The translations under genes were made by a program, and so were the position numbers. From an uncultured Syntrophaceae bacterium (GTDB lineage Bacteria; Desulfobacterota; Syntrophia; Syntrophales; PHBD01), in the NCBI GenBank assembly GCA_964578535.1, contig CAZODI010000008.1, positions 1,815 through 65,814 of the forward strand: a stretch of DNA of 64,000 bases. Direction: 5' to 3'. Shown here in pieces: positions 1 through 9,683 of this stretch; the stretch's first letter is position 1; each line of letters begins with the position of its first letter. The notes beneath the pieces are model-generated. The model was not told the DNA's origin and did no database searches. It saw only the letters and a list, made by a program, of their open reading frames with translations.

Positions 1-1
1 C

Positions 2-625
2 CCCAACGGCGTTTCCCCTGCGGTAAAGCGGCCGGCGAAGTGGATCCTTGGGCAGGGGCTTGAGCCCGACCGATATATCCTCTTTGCTGCCCGGCTGGTG
101 AGGGAAAAGGGCGCTCATTTTCTGATCGAGGCCTATCGGAAGCTGGACACGGACATGAAGCTCGTCATCGCTGGGGATGCCGCCCACATGGAAACGTATA
201 AGTCTGAGCTCCGGAACCTGGCCGGAAACGATCCGCGCATTCTTTTTCCCGGCTTCGTCACCGGTGAACCGATGCAGGAGCTTTTCAGCAATGCCTACCT
301 GTTCTGCCTTCCGTCCACGCTGGAGGGGCTGCCCATTGCCCTTCTCGATGCGATGAATTATGGAAATTGCTGTGTCTCCAGCGACATCCCGGAAAACCTG
401 GAAGCGATTGAGGATCACGGTTATGCCTTCCGTAACCGCAGCATCGAAGATCTGCACCGGGTTCTCGTTCATCTGCTGGCACACCCGGAGAAAGTGGAGG
501 ACAAGAAATCCGCGGCAATGGCCCACGTCCGGAAGCACTATTCCTGGGACCGCGTGACCGACCAGATGGAATCGCTCTATTTCGACCTGGCGAGGAACCG
601 GCGGCCGGCCGAGGCTCGCAGATGA
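2..625 (+). CDS. Glycosyltransferase family 4 (GT-B), 5'-truncated by window edge
   Basis: Frame is open from base 2 (PNGVSP...YILFAARLVREKG); C-terminal GT4 motif LPSTLEGLPIALLDAMNYG. Confidence 0.9.
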   Translation, partial: PNGVSPAVKRPAKWILGQGLEPDRYILFAARLVREKGAHFLIEAYRKLDTDMKLVIAGDAAHMETYKSELRNLAGNDPRILFPGFVTGEPMQELFSNAYLFCLPSTLEGLPIALLDAMNYGNCCVSSDIPENLEAIEDHGYAFRNRSIEDLHRVLVHLLAHPEKVEDKKSAAMAHVRKHYSWDRVTDQMESLYFDLARNRRPAEARR

Positions 626-687
626 GTCCATCGATGCGATTCTTCAAAGTGCATATGGATTTCATGGGGAAAGAAGATTCCGGCTGA

Positions 688-723
688 AACGATAACACCC
701 GCTCTTGACGGGTGTGTATCGTT
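688..723. terminator. Hairpin between convergent genes, probable bidirectional terminator
   Basis: AACGATAACACCCG-ctcttga-CGGGTGTGTATCGTT inverted repeat with one bulge. Confidence 0.55.
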
Positions 724-2056
724 ACAGCAGGAAATACCACGCCGCCGACAGGACCCCTGCCGTTGCCAGCATGACGGCCGCCGGCCCCAGGAGGTAGCGG
801 TAGGCGCCGTAGATGGGCGTGTGGAAGTACTCCGCCGTGACCACGAAGCAGGCGTGCATCGGCGACAGCATCATGCCCATGTAGCCGAAGGTGTAGGCAA
901 AGCTCGTGGTTGCCGCCGCCACAGCCAGGGAGGGATCGGGCCCCAGGAGGGCGAAGACGATGGGGAAGCTGGCCCCGACGAACCCGAAGGCCACCCCCGT
1001 GACCGCCCCGGAAATGAAGGGGATCACCATGACGATTGTGATGAGGGGAATGCCCGTCCGGACCAGTTCGTCCCTCATCCCCGTGACGAGGGTTCCCCCC
1101 GCGGCGTCCAGCGGGCACAGGAGCGCCGCCGAGAAGGCCTGGATACCCAGGACGAGGACGAACATGAGCCATATCTCTTTTTTTCCGAAGATGGAGAGGG
1201 CCGGCCGGAAGACGTCGGCCCTGCCGGCGAACGACGCGATGAGGGCCAGGATCAGTCCCGCAAGCATGGCCACGAGGTTGGCCAGCGTCCCCTTCACTCC
1301 GAGGGGCGGCAGGAGCGCCGAGCCGAGGATCGAGACCAGCACCAGGATTCCAATGGGAAGGATCGCCGCGAAGACGGCCCGGGGGTCCCAGACGCTGTTT
1401 TCCCGACTGTTCCCCTCCCCTTCCCTCTTCCCCTTCCCCTTCCCGATCCCGCGCAGGATGAAGAGGTAGCCTCCCAGGATCGCCGCGGCGGTGAAGGGCA
1501 CCTGGATGAGGAAATACGTCAAAACCGGCAGGCCCGCGTACTGCATGGCCAGGATGACGCCGGGATACAGGGGCCACCAGTACTCCCAGATGTGGCGGAA
1601 CCAGTAGTTGATCGCCACCTTACGGGGCGGCACCAGCTCCTTCTCCTCGTCCATGGCAGCCACGAAGGGTGCCGAGAAAAGGGCCCCTGCCGGCATGGGC
1701 AGCAGCCCCACCAGCGCCGGCAGGCCAGCGATGATGATGTGCTTCTTCCGGAGCCAGTCCTTGAGACCGGCGATGGTTCTGTCCATCCGCCCCGTCCGCT
1801 TGAGGGAGTCGCTGAAGAACAAAAGGAGCAGGATGATCGGGGGCAGAAGGGCGTTCTGGGGCTGGATGAACGTCTCGGCCTGGTAGAGGAAGCCCTTCCA
1901 GCCCGTTCCCGTCCAGGCCGTGAGCAGAAGCGCGAACGTGAGGATCGCGACGCCCAAGGGTGCCCCGAAGCGGTTCAGGAGCAGGATCCCCAGGAAGGAG
2001 AACAGGATCTTGGCATAGGCGGGCAGCGCGAAAAGTCCGTCCATGACGCCCGTCAC
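722..2056 (-). CDS. DUF401 family multi-pass membrane protein (putative transporter)
   Basis: 444 aa, many TM segments, motifs GLLPMPAGALFSAP and FRHIWEYWWPLYPG, C-terminal SPMHACF. Confidence 0.8.
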   Translation of the reverse strand: MTGVMDGLFALPAYAKILFSFLGILLLNRFGAPLGVAILTFALLLTAWTGTGWKGFLYQAETFIQPQNALLPPIILLLLFFSDSLKRTGRMDRTIAGLKDWLRKKHIIIAGLPALVGLLPMPAGALFSAPFVAAMDEEKELVPPRKVAINYWFRHIWEYWWPLYPGVILAMQYAGLPVLTYFLIQVPFTAAAILGGYLFILRGIGKGKGKREGEGNSRENSVWDPRAVFAAILPIGILVLVSILGSALLPPLGVKGTLANLVAMLAGLILALIASFAGRADVFRPALSIFGKKEIWLMFVLVLGIQAFSAALLCPLDAAGGTLVTGMRDELVRTGIPLITIVMVIPFISGAVTGVAFGFVGASFPIVFALLGPDPSLAVAAATTSFAYTFGYMGMMLSPMHACFVVTAEYFHTPIYGAYRYLLGPAAVMLATAGVLSAAWYFLL

Positions 2057-2484
2057 GCCCCTTCTTTCAGGAAGGGGAGCGGGGTTCCTTTCCGGTAGAC
2101 CAGGGCCTGGCAGGATGCCAGGAGGCGTCCCCCGCCGTCGGTGACCTTGATGTCATAGACGGCGGTCCGGCTGGTCCGGTTGATCTCGCTGGCCTCCGCG
2201 GTGATCGCGGCGCCCGGCTCGGGCGTGGACAGGTAGCTGAGGCTCATGTTGAGGGCCACGGCCATTGTCCCGTGGGAATTGGACGCCGTCTCGAAGGCCT
2301 CGTCGATGAGCGCGAAGATCGCGCCGCCGTGGGCCATGCCGAAGATGTTCTCCATGTCCGGGGTGAACGTCATTCCGACTTTCGAGTAGCCCTCCCCCAG
2401 ATCCAGGAGCTTCATGCCGAATTTCCGGGCGAAGGGTTCCTTCTCCACCCGCCGGAAGATCGCCGCTCTCACTTTATCATCCAT
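2053..2484 (-). CDS. PaaI family hotdog-fold thioesterase
   Basis: MDDKVRAA... start at 2484; N.FGMAHGGAIFALIDEA motif; 4-nt overlap with DUF401 start. Confidence 0.85.
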   Translation of the reverse strand: MDDKVRAAIFRRVEKEPFARKFGMKLLDLGEGYSKVGMTFTPDMENIFGMAHGGAIFALIDEAFETASNSHGTMAVALNMSLSYLSTPEPGAAITAEASEINRTSRTAVYDIKVTDGGGRLLASCQALVYRKGTPLPFLKEGA

Positions 2485-2553
2485 GTTTCGCACCTCGCGC
2501 GGGATGGCGCGGATCGTATCATCAAAGCAAAAAAATTGGTCAGGTTTTTTGAG

Positions 2554-2581
2554 GGAACTTTTGGCGGCGGGCGGCTGTCTT
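2554..2581 (+). promoter_or_regulatory. Candidate ECF sigma-dependent (autoregulatory) promoter
   Basis: GGAACT-N16-TGTCTT, 90 nt upstream of the ECF sigma gene; resembles GGAAC/GTC ECF consensus. Confidence 0.55.
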
Positions 2582-2671
2582 ACCGTTAGAAGTTCGAAAT
2601 GACTTGACAAGAGCCGGCGCATCCGCTGCCATGGGACCGCAATTTCAAAGGAGCGATGTTTCCCGGTTCCA

Positions 2672-3298
2672 ATGGCTGATCCCGCGGATGTCCCAGCAAA
2701 CCGACCGGTCGACGATCCGGACGCCGAGGCCGTCGCCCGCTGCCTGGCCGGCCGCACGGACGCCTTCGAGGCGCTCGTGGAGCGGCACCAGAAGCGGATG
2801 CTGAACCTGGCGTACCGGATGCTCGGCGACTACGACGAGGCCTGTGACGTCGTCCAGGAGGCTTTTCTGTCGGCGTGGCGGGGGCTGCCGAAGTTCCGGC
2901 GGGAGGCGCGATTTTCCACATGGCTGCACGAGATCGTCCTGAACGTGACGAGGAATCGCCTGAAGCAGGCGCAGGCCCGGTCCCGGCACGAGGCGCCCGC
3001 GGCGGACAACCCCCGCGGAGAGGACGGGGAATGCCTCCCCTGCCGGGCCGTCTCCCCGCTGGAGTTGCCGAGCGAGCGGATGGAGCGGAAGGAGCGGGAG
3101 AACAAGGTCCAGGAATGCATTGGCACACTGGAGGGGGAATACCGGGAAGTCCTGGTCCTGCGGGACATCCAGGGCTTCTCCTACGAGGAGATCGGCGACA
3201 TGCTCAAGGTTCCCGGCGGGACGGTCCGCTCCCGGCTCTTCCGGGCGCGGAGCGCCATGAAAGACTGTCTCTCCCGGCTATTGGGTGAAGAGCGATGA
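2672..3298 (+). CDS. ECF RNA polymerase sigma-70 factor
   Basis: Region 2 (DVVQEAFLSAW...FSTWLHEI..N) and region 4 (GFSYEEIGDMLKVPGGTVRSRLFRAR). Confidence 0.93.
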   Translation: MADPADVPANRPVDDPDAEAVARCLAGRTDAFEALVERHQKRMLNLAYRMLGDYDEACDVVQEAFLSAWRGLPKFRREARFSTWLHEIVLNVTRNRLKQAQARSRHEAPAADNPRGEDGECLPCRAVSPLELPSERMERKERENKVQECIGTLEGEYREVLVLRDIQGFSYEEIGDMLKVPGGTVRSRLFRARSAMKDCLSRLLGEER

Positions 3299-4437
3299 CG
3301 TGCAGGGAAATCGAGGAACGCCTGTCGGCACTACTGGACGACACCCTCCCCGCGGAGGAGCGGCGGAAGGTTGAGGAGCACCTTGCCTCGTGCCCGTCGT
3401 GCGCTCGCGCCCTGGCGGACCTGCGCAAGACCGTCGGCCTCGTCCGGGATCTCGAAGAGGTCGAGCCGCCGCCGTGGCTCCGGCAGAAGATCATGACCCG
3501 GGTCCGTGAAGAGGCGGCGCCGAAGAAGAAGGGGATCCTCCGGGCCCTGTTCTTCCCGCTGCACATCAAGGTGCCCGTCCAGGCCTTTGCCGTGGTCCTC
3601 ATCGCCGTCCTGGCCTTCCAGGTCTACCGGACGAGCGAGCCGGAGCGCCAGGCCCTGGACCTGCCGCTTCCCCCCGCCCGGGTCGAGCAGAAGGCCGCCG
3701 CCCCCGGCACGGCCCCGGGAGTCACGGAATCCGCCCCCGCTCCGGATTTGAGGAAGGAGGAATCGAAGGCCGAGCGTGCAATGCGCAGCGCGGCCCCGTC
3801 CACAGTGGAGCCGGCAACGGTCCGGCCTCAGGTGGAGCCGTCCCGGTCTCGCCCGCCGGCGATGGAGGAAAAAGGGTTCGGCTTCGCACCCCCGCCGGAC
3901 CGGGCGAAATCGGCCATCCCGTCGGGAACGGAACGCAGGCAGGAACGGGAAACCAACGGCTACCCCGCCGCTGCCGGCAGGAGCGCCGCCCGGGCCCCGG
4001 CGGCGGAATCCTCCCATGACACCGGATTCGCACCCTCGCGGGAAGCCGGGAAGGCCCGGACGGGCGCCGCCTACGAATCGAAACGGAAGGATCAATCGGA
4101 ATCCGCCGTCATGGCGGCGAAGGAAGACCGGTCCGATGCGGCAACAATGCGGAAACAAGCCCCGGCGCCGAAATCCTCCTGGGATCTCTCGCTCCGCGTC
4201 CAGGACGTCTCCTCCGCTGCTTCCGCCGTCGAGCAGGAGCTGCGCGCCCTGAGCGCCGGGAATATCCGACGCCGGGCCCATCAGGAGGGAGTCACGATCA
4301 CGGCGGATTTCCCCGCGGCCGCCCTTCCCGGCCTGGCCGAGCGACTCCGGGCTCTGGGAGAGCTGCAGACGGCCGGATCGTCCGGCGACACCCGCACCGG
4401 CACGGTGACCGTCCGCATCCGGATCGTCGCCGATTAA
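3295..4437 (+). CDS. Zinc-binding anti-sigma factor (zf-HC2, DUF2275-like), single TM
   Basis: N-terminal C..L...LD...VEEHLASCPSC ZAS motif, TM segment AFAVVLIAVLAF, Pro/Ala-rich extracytoplasmic part; ATGA overlap with sigma. Confidence 0.88.
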   Translation: MTCREIEERLSALLDDTLPAEERRKVEEHLASCPSCARALADLRKTVGLVRDLEEVEPPPWLRQKIMTRVREEAAPKKKGILRALFFPLHIKVPVQAFAVVLIAVLAFQVYRTSEPERQALDLPLPPARVEQKAAAPGTAPGVTESAPAPDLRKEESKAERAMRSAAPSTVEPATVRPQVEPSRSRPPAMEEKGFGFAPPPDRAKSAIPSGTERRQERETNGYPAAAGRSAARAPAAESSHDTGFAPSREAGKARTGAAYESKRKDQSESAVMAAKEDRSDAATMRKQAPAPKSSWDLSLRVQDVSSAASAVEQELRALSAGNIRRRAHQEGVTITADFPAAALPGLAERLRALGELQTAGSSGDTRTGTVTVRIRIVAD

Positions 4438-4458
4438 GAGGATCGTCTGACAAACGGA

Positions 4459-5982
4459 TCAGAAGAGGAACAGGTTCTTCGTGGCGAAGTTGGGCTCGCT
4501 CGTCAGGTTGACGCCGATCCGCCGCAGGCCCGCCTCGTCGCCCGGAGTGGGCATGTGGGTCATGTGGACCTCGCAGTTCCGGAGATCCCGGAGCTTCTCC
4601 ACGGCGAGCTGGGCCGCCGGGTTGGTGGCGGCGCTGATTCCCAGGGCCACCAGCGTCTCCTGCAGGTCCATGCTGACGGACTTCTCTCCCAGGGCATCCG
4701 TCCGGAGGCTGTGCACCGCGTCGGTGATGTAGGGCGGCAGCAGCTTGATCTTGGCGGGAATCGCCGCCAGATGCTTGACGGCATGAATGACCAGGCTGGA
4801 GGCGGCATGCATCAGGGGGGAATTGTTTCCCTTCACGATCGTCCCGTCCACCAGCTCGATCGCCGCGCCGCAGTAGATCCCCTCGTTGCCCTTCTCCTCT
4901 TCCTGCGCCTCCCGGGCGGCCTCCCAGGACGGCGCCACCACCCGCCGGTCCTCCGGCTGCAGGCGGAAATCCTTCATGAACAGCTCCACCCGCTGCACCG
5001 TCTCCCGGTCGGCGAACCCCATGGCGTACTCACAGCGGTACCGGAAATAGCGCCGCAGGATCTCCTGCTTCGCCGCCTCCCGGGTCACGGCGTCGTCCGT
5101 GATGGCGAAGCCGGCCCGGTTCACGCCCATGTCGGTGGGGGACTGGTAGAAGGACTCCGTCCCGGTGATCTTCTCCAGGATCCGCTTCAGGACGGGAAAG
5201 ACCGCCACGTCGCGGTTGTAGTTGACGGAGCTCTTCCCGTAGGTCTCCAGGTGGAAGGGGTCGATGAGGTTGAAGTCCCGGATGTCCGCCGTGGCCGCCT
5301 CGTAGGCCACGTTGACCGGGTGCTTCAGGGGAATGCTCCAGATGGGGAACGTCTCGAACTTGGCGTATCCCGCCTTCACGCCGCGACGGTACTCGTGGTA
5401 GAGCTGGGACAGGCAGGTGGCGAGCTTGCCGCTCCCCGGCCCCGGTCCCGTGACGATGACCAGAGGCTTCTCCGTGGGGATGTACTCGTTGGCCCCGTAT
5501 CCCTCGTCGCTGACGATGGACTCGACGTCCGTCGGGTAGCCCTTCGTGAACCGGTGGGTGAAGACCCGGACGCCGCGCCGCTCCAGCTTGTTCTTGAAGA
5601 GTGCCGCCGCCGGCTGGCCCTCGTAGCGGGTGATGACCACGCCGAGGACCTCGATGCCCCAGCCCCTCAGGTCGTCGATCAGCTTCATCGCGTCGGAGTC
5701 GTAGGTGATGCCGAAGTCGGCCCGGATCTTCTTCCGCTCGATGTCGCCGGCGTAGATGCACAGGAGGATGTCGGCGCTGCCCTTCAACTCCTGGATCAGG
5801 CGCATCTTGACGTTGGCGTCGTAGCCGGGCAGGACGCGGGCGGCGTGGTAGTCATAGAGAAGCTTCCCGCCGAATTCCAGGTAGAGCTTGTTGTCGAACC
5901 GCTTGACCCGCTCGAGGATCTCCTCCGTCTGCTCCCGGATGTACTGCTCGTTGTCGAAACCGTTCCTCTCCCGCCCCGTCAT
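4459..5982 (-). CDS. DUF1846 family protein (P-loop containing)
   Basis: Start moved to MTGRERNGFDNEQY after RBS; motifs LYLEFGGKL, GPGPGSGKLATCLSQ, YAKFETFP, PTDMGVN. Confidence 0.88.
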   Translation of the reverse strand: MTGRERNGFDNEQYIREQTEEILERVKRFDNKLYLEFGGKLLYDYHAARVLPGYDANVKMRLIQELKGSADILLCIYAGDIERKKIRADFGITYDSDAMKLIDDLRGWGIEVLGVVITRYEGQPAAALFKNKLERRGVRVFTHRFTKGYPTDVESIVSDEGYGANEYIPTEKPLVIVTGPGPGSGKLATCLSQLYHEYRRGVKAGYAKFETFPIWSIPLKHPVNVAYEAATADIRDFNLIDPFHLETYGKSSVNYNRDVAVFPVLKRILEKITGTESFYQSPTDMGVNRAGFAITDDAVTREAAKQEILRRYFRYRCEYAMGFADRETVQRVELFMKDFRLQPEDRRVVAPSWEAAREAQEEEKGNEGIYCGAAIELVDGTIVKGNNSPLMHAASSLVIHAVKHLAAIPAKIKLLPPYITDAVHSLRTDALGEKSVSMDLQETLVALGISAATNPAAQLAVEKLRDLRNCEVHMTHMPTPGDEAGLRRIGVNLTSEPNFATKNLFLF

Positions 5983-6161
5983 CCCTTCCTCCCCTCGGAA
6001 TATTGGTTGCCTTTGTTCCTGCAGTGCACAGGCAGGCCCGGCACCATGATTGCCCGTGGAACAAATTCGGGCCGCAAATGGCACAAATCTGTTCCGTCGG
6101 GCCGACACGAGATACCCTATTTTCGCGGGAAATGGAAGGGTACAGAGGCGGGAAGAAGGTT

Positions 6162-7445
6162 TTACGAGCCCATTCGCCGGATGAGAGTCTCCAGGTAGCG
6201 GGACTTCATCTGCCGGGACGCCATGGCCTGCTGTACCGGCGGCAGGCGGAGGATCGCCCCCAGGATTGCCGCCATGGCCCGGTGGCTGAAGAGCGCCCGG
6301 TTGTCGAAGATCAGGTTCTGCAGCTTGCCGCGTTCGACGGCCATGACGACGGCCAGGTGTGCCGTGTTGAGGGGGGTGATGACCCGTTCGGGCCGGCTCG
6401 TGAGCCGGATCAGGCCCTCCCGGCAGGCGCGGACGCAGAGGCCGCAGCCCAGGCAGATCTCCTCCCGGAGCCGCGCCGTCCGTTTCTTCGGCTTTGCGGG
6501 GTCGTTCGCCGAGACCAGGGTCATGGCCTCCACGGGGCAGACGTCGGCGCACCGCCCGCAGCCGGTGCAGCCCTCCTCCGAAACCACCGGCAGGAAGTTC
6601 GTTGTGTGGACCGGCTGCAGGAGGGAGAAGCGGCGGGCGGCGATCATGGCCTCGCAGCAGCAGCCGCAGCAGTTGCAGATGAAGTTGACCTGTTCCCGGA
6701 CGTTGGAGCCGAACTGGACAAGGTTCCGCTCCCAGGCCTCCCGGAGGAGGTCCAGCCCCTCCGCCACGTCCACGGCCCGGGCATGGCCGTGCTTCACCAG
6801 GGACTCCGCGGAGCCGTTGAAGGTCATGCAGATCGTGAGCGGCGCGTCGCAGGCCCGGCCCAGATGCCCCATCTTGTGGCGGCAGTAGCAGGTGCTGACG
6901 CCCCGGACCGAGGCGGTCCGGATGACCTCCGTGGCCCGCTCGTAGTCGAGGATCAGCAGGCCCGGCTCCTCCGGCAGGGCCGGCTCGTGGACGAAGGCCC
7001 GGCCGAGTCGCGTCTCCCCGTCCGCGAAGAGTTCCCGGACAAAGTCCTCCTCCACGTTGAGGTACTGGTAGAAGAGCTCGCTGAGCACCTTCTGGTCGAT
7101 GTCCCCACGGGTCCGCATCAGGGAGAACTCGAAGAAGCCGGCCATGGGCGGCGGGAGCACCCAGGTCTGCACGCCCTTCTCGTTCTCCGTGTCGAGGAGG
7201 ATCGCCCGCCCTGCCAGCTCGTCCAGGATCTTCCGCGCCTCCGTGACGTTCATCTTCCAGCGGCGGGCCGCCTGCTCCGCCGTGAAGGGGCGGATCGGCA
7301 GGAGCGAGACCAGGGCCGCCTCCTTCTCCCGGAACAGGATGCCGAGGATCTTGTAGAGCAGCTCCGACGGCGGCGCCCCCTGGGGGAATCGGTTCAGCCG
7401 GTCCACCAGGGCCGTGTATCCCGTTTTCTGAAGATGATGGCTCAT
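6162..7445 (-). CDS. 4Fe-4S dicluster protein with CNCCxCCC motif
   Basis: CYCRHK, ICNCCGCCC, CTGCGRCADVCP and CLGCGLCVRAC motifs. Confidence 0.85.
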   Translation of the reverse strand: MSHHLQKTGYTALVDRLNRFPQGAPPSELLYKILGILFREKEAALVSLLPIRPFTAEQAARRWKMNVTEARKILDELAGRAILLDTENEKGVQTWVLPPPMAGFFEFSLMRTRGDIDQKVLSELFYQYLNVEEDFVRELFADGETRLGRAFVHEPALPEEPGLLILDYERATEVIRTASVRGVSTCYCRHKMGHLGRACDAPLTICMTFNGSAESLVKHGHARAVDVAEGLDLLREAWERNLVQFGSNVREQVNFICNCCGCCCEAMIAARRFSLLQPVHTTNFLPVVSEEGCTGCGRCADVCPVEAMTLVSANDPAKPKKRTARLREEICLGCGLCVRACREGLIRLTSRPERVITPLNTAHLAVVMAVERGKLQNLIFDNRALFSHRAMAAILGAILRLPPVQQAMASRQMKSRYLETLIRRMGS

Positions 7446-7690
7446 GACATCCCTTTCTTCGCAATGCCCCTGCCGGGACCCGATTTCTCCGGCTCGCCCG
7501 GCGGGGAAAGTCCCGGCTTCATTCTCTACTCCAACGCAGAATCATCGTCCAGCCTGGAAACGCGGCGACCTCGCCGAAGACGGCCCTGCCTATGGGAAAG
7601 ATCCCGCCGGCTCGGAACGCGTTGACAGGGACGGAGCAATTGATTAACCCCGTCCTTGTGTTGTGAAAATATTCGGAGGACACCCGAGCC

Positions 7691-8419
7691 ATGAAGATTC
7701 TGGAGCACCTGATTTCCACACTCGACACGGACGCCCCGGTTCAGGATATCCGCCAGGGAGTGTTCCACACCGCCGTCCTGACCCGGAACTGCGGCCTGGC
7801 CGCCACCCTGCCCCGGGACGCCCTGCGCCAGACCCCGCCGCTGGTCCGGGAGCCGGGGCTCCTGCTGGACAGGACGCCGCTGGACCTGGCCCGGATGGCC
7901 TTTTCGGACAGCATTCTCGAGGCGGCCATCGGGATGGCCGCCATCAACTCGCTCCTTCAGATCGACGAGGCCTCCTGCCTGGAAGTGAACGCCGCCGAGG
8001 TGATCCTGGAAAAGGGAGAGGGCCGGAACGTCGCGATCATCGGGCATTTCCCGTTTCTGCCCCGGGTCCGGGAAAAGGCGAAGGAGCTGTGGGTCATCGA
8101 GAAGAACCCGCAGGAGGGCGACTTTCCGGAGGCCCGGGCGGACGACCTGGTTCCGCAGGCGGACGTCGTGGCCATCACGGGAACGGCCCTGACCAACCAC
8201 TCCCTGCCGCACCTGCTCGAACGGTGCCGTCCCGAAGCCTTCGTGATCCTGCTGGGCGACTCGACGCCCCTGAGCCCGGTGCTTTTCGACTATGGCGTGG
8301 ACGCCCTGGCCGGAACGAAGGTCATCGATCCGGTGACGGCCATGCGGTGCGTGAGCCAGGGGGCGAACTTCCGGCAGATCCGGGGAACCCGGAGGCTCAC
8401 CCTTCTGAAGGGGAAATGA
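7691..8419 (+). CDS. DUF364 family Rossmann-like protein
   Basis: RBS GGAGG; motifs AIGMAAINS, VAIIGHFPF, ADVVAITGTALTN, LGDSTP. Confidence 0.8.
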   Translation: MKILEHLISTLDTDAPVQDIRQGVFHTAVLTRNCGLAATLPRDALRQTPPLVREPGLLLDRTPLDLARMAFSDSILEAAIGMAAINSLLQIDEASCLEVNAAEVILEKGEGRNVAIIGHFPFLPRVREKAKELWVIEKNPQEGDFPEARADDLVPQADVVAITGTALTNHSLPHLLERCRPEAFVILLGDSTPLSPVLFDYGVDALAGTKVIDPVTAMRCVSQGANFRQIRGTRRLTLLKGK

Positions 8420-9683
8420 GGGAGGCGCGTTTCCCCGGGGGAGGCGGTTTCCGAACGGCCAGGAACAGCACCATGGCGGCGACGGCCATTCCCGCGTCCA
8501 GCAGGAAGGCGACATCGTAGGTTCCCAGGGTGTCCCGCAGCATTCCCCCCACCCAGTGGGAGAGGATCGCCCCGGCGCCGTACAGGGGTGTCCAGGCCCC
8601 GATGACGGTCCCGATGATCCGCCGGGGGAAATAGTCTCCGGCACAGGCGCCGTAGATGGGAAACGTAACGCCGTAGAAGACGGCAAACACGGCCACCAGA
8701 ACCGACAGGGCCGCTTGCCCGGAGCCGGCCATGACGATCCCCAGGACGGACAGCGCGATGCACAGGTTCGAGATCAGGATGGTCCGCTTCCGCCCCAGCC
8801 GGTCCGACAGAGGCAGCAGCGTCAGGACGCCCAGGACCTGAAACGAGCCGTGGATCGTCGCCAGGAAGCTCGCCGCCCCGAGGGAGAGTCCCGCCTGGTC
8901 TCGGGCGTAGTCCACCATGAACGTGGTGATCCCGTAGAGGGAATAGGAGATGCAGAAGTAGGAAAGGCCGATCCACCAGAACGTCGGATTCCGGAGGATC
9001 TCCTCCCGCAGGCCGCCCGGCGGCTCCGTCTCTGCAGCGCCCGTCGAAGCGCCTCCCTTTCCCTCCCCGCCCCAGGGATCAACGCCGCAGGACTCCGGGT
9101 CACTGCGGAGAAGAAGGCCGTTGACCGCCACCAGGAGCAGGGCGGCCGCTCCCAGGATGGTCCAGGTGTGGCGCCAGCCGAACTGCGTCGCCACCAGGGG
9201 GAAAAAGGCGCCGACGGCCGCAAAGCCGAGGCCGTATCCCGTGGAGAGGATGCCGAGGGCGAGGCCGCGCCTCCGCGGGGCGAACCAGCGCTGGACGACC
9301 GCCAGGACGGGCGTCCAGATCCCCGTGGCCCCTACTCCGACAATCGCGTAGGCCAGGCAGGCGCCTTCAAGGCTCGCTGCCCTCGCCATGAGGAGAACAC
9401 CGAGGCCCAGGATGGCGAGGCAGACCGGGATGACCCGCCGGGCGCCGACCCGGTCGGTGAGCCAGCCCGTAAGAGGCGTCAGGGCGATGTACGTGAACAG
9501 GTAGGCGTTGTAGATGGTCCCGCCGGCGGTACGGCTGAGGTCCAGGTCCCGGATCATCTCGGGGAGGACCACGCCGTAGCCGAGGCGCACGGAGTAGTTG
9601 ACGAAGAGGTCCAGGAAGCCGGCAGCGAGGATGAACCAGGCCCAGTGCGGCAGGCTTCCCGGACGGCGGCCGGCCGGGCTCAT
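8397..9683 (-). CDS. MFS transporter
   Basis: About 12 TM segments; MFS motif A (GWLTDRVGARR, LSDRLGRKR); start placed at ATG overlapping the lemA stop. Confidence 0.88.
   Translation of the reverse strand: MSPAGRRPGSLPHWAWFILAAGFLDLFVNYSVRLGYGVVLPEMIRDLDLSRTAGGTIYNAYLFTYIALTPLTGWLTDRVGARRVIPVCLAILGLGVLLMARAASLEGACLAYAIVGVGATGIWTPVLAVVQRWFAPRRRGLALGILSTGYGLGFAAVGAFFPLVATQFGWRHTWTILGAAALLLVAVNGLLLRSDPESCGVDPWGGEGKGGASTGAAETEPPGGLREEILRNPTFWWIGLSYFCISYSLYGITTFMVDYARDQAGLSLGAASFLATIHGSFQVLGVLTLLPLSDRLGRKRTILISNLCIALSVLGIVMAGSGQAALSVLVAVFAVFYGVTFPIYGACAGDYFPRRIIGTVIGAWTPLYGAGAILSHWVGGMLRDTLGTYDVAFLLDAGMAVAAMVLFLAVRKPPPPGKRASLISPSEG

Noticed and set aside
6039-6054. Sigma-54-like CGGCAC-N5-TTGCC on the plus strand
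   Set aside because: No plus-strand gene downstream; it would only be antisense to the 4Fe-4S gene.
4459-7464. 1001-aa ORF suggesting a large fusion with DUF1846
   Set aside because: The first about 490 aa are an alternative frame over the 4Fe-4S gene with no recognisable motifs; an RBS and ATG at 5982 give the normal DUF1846 start.
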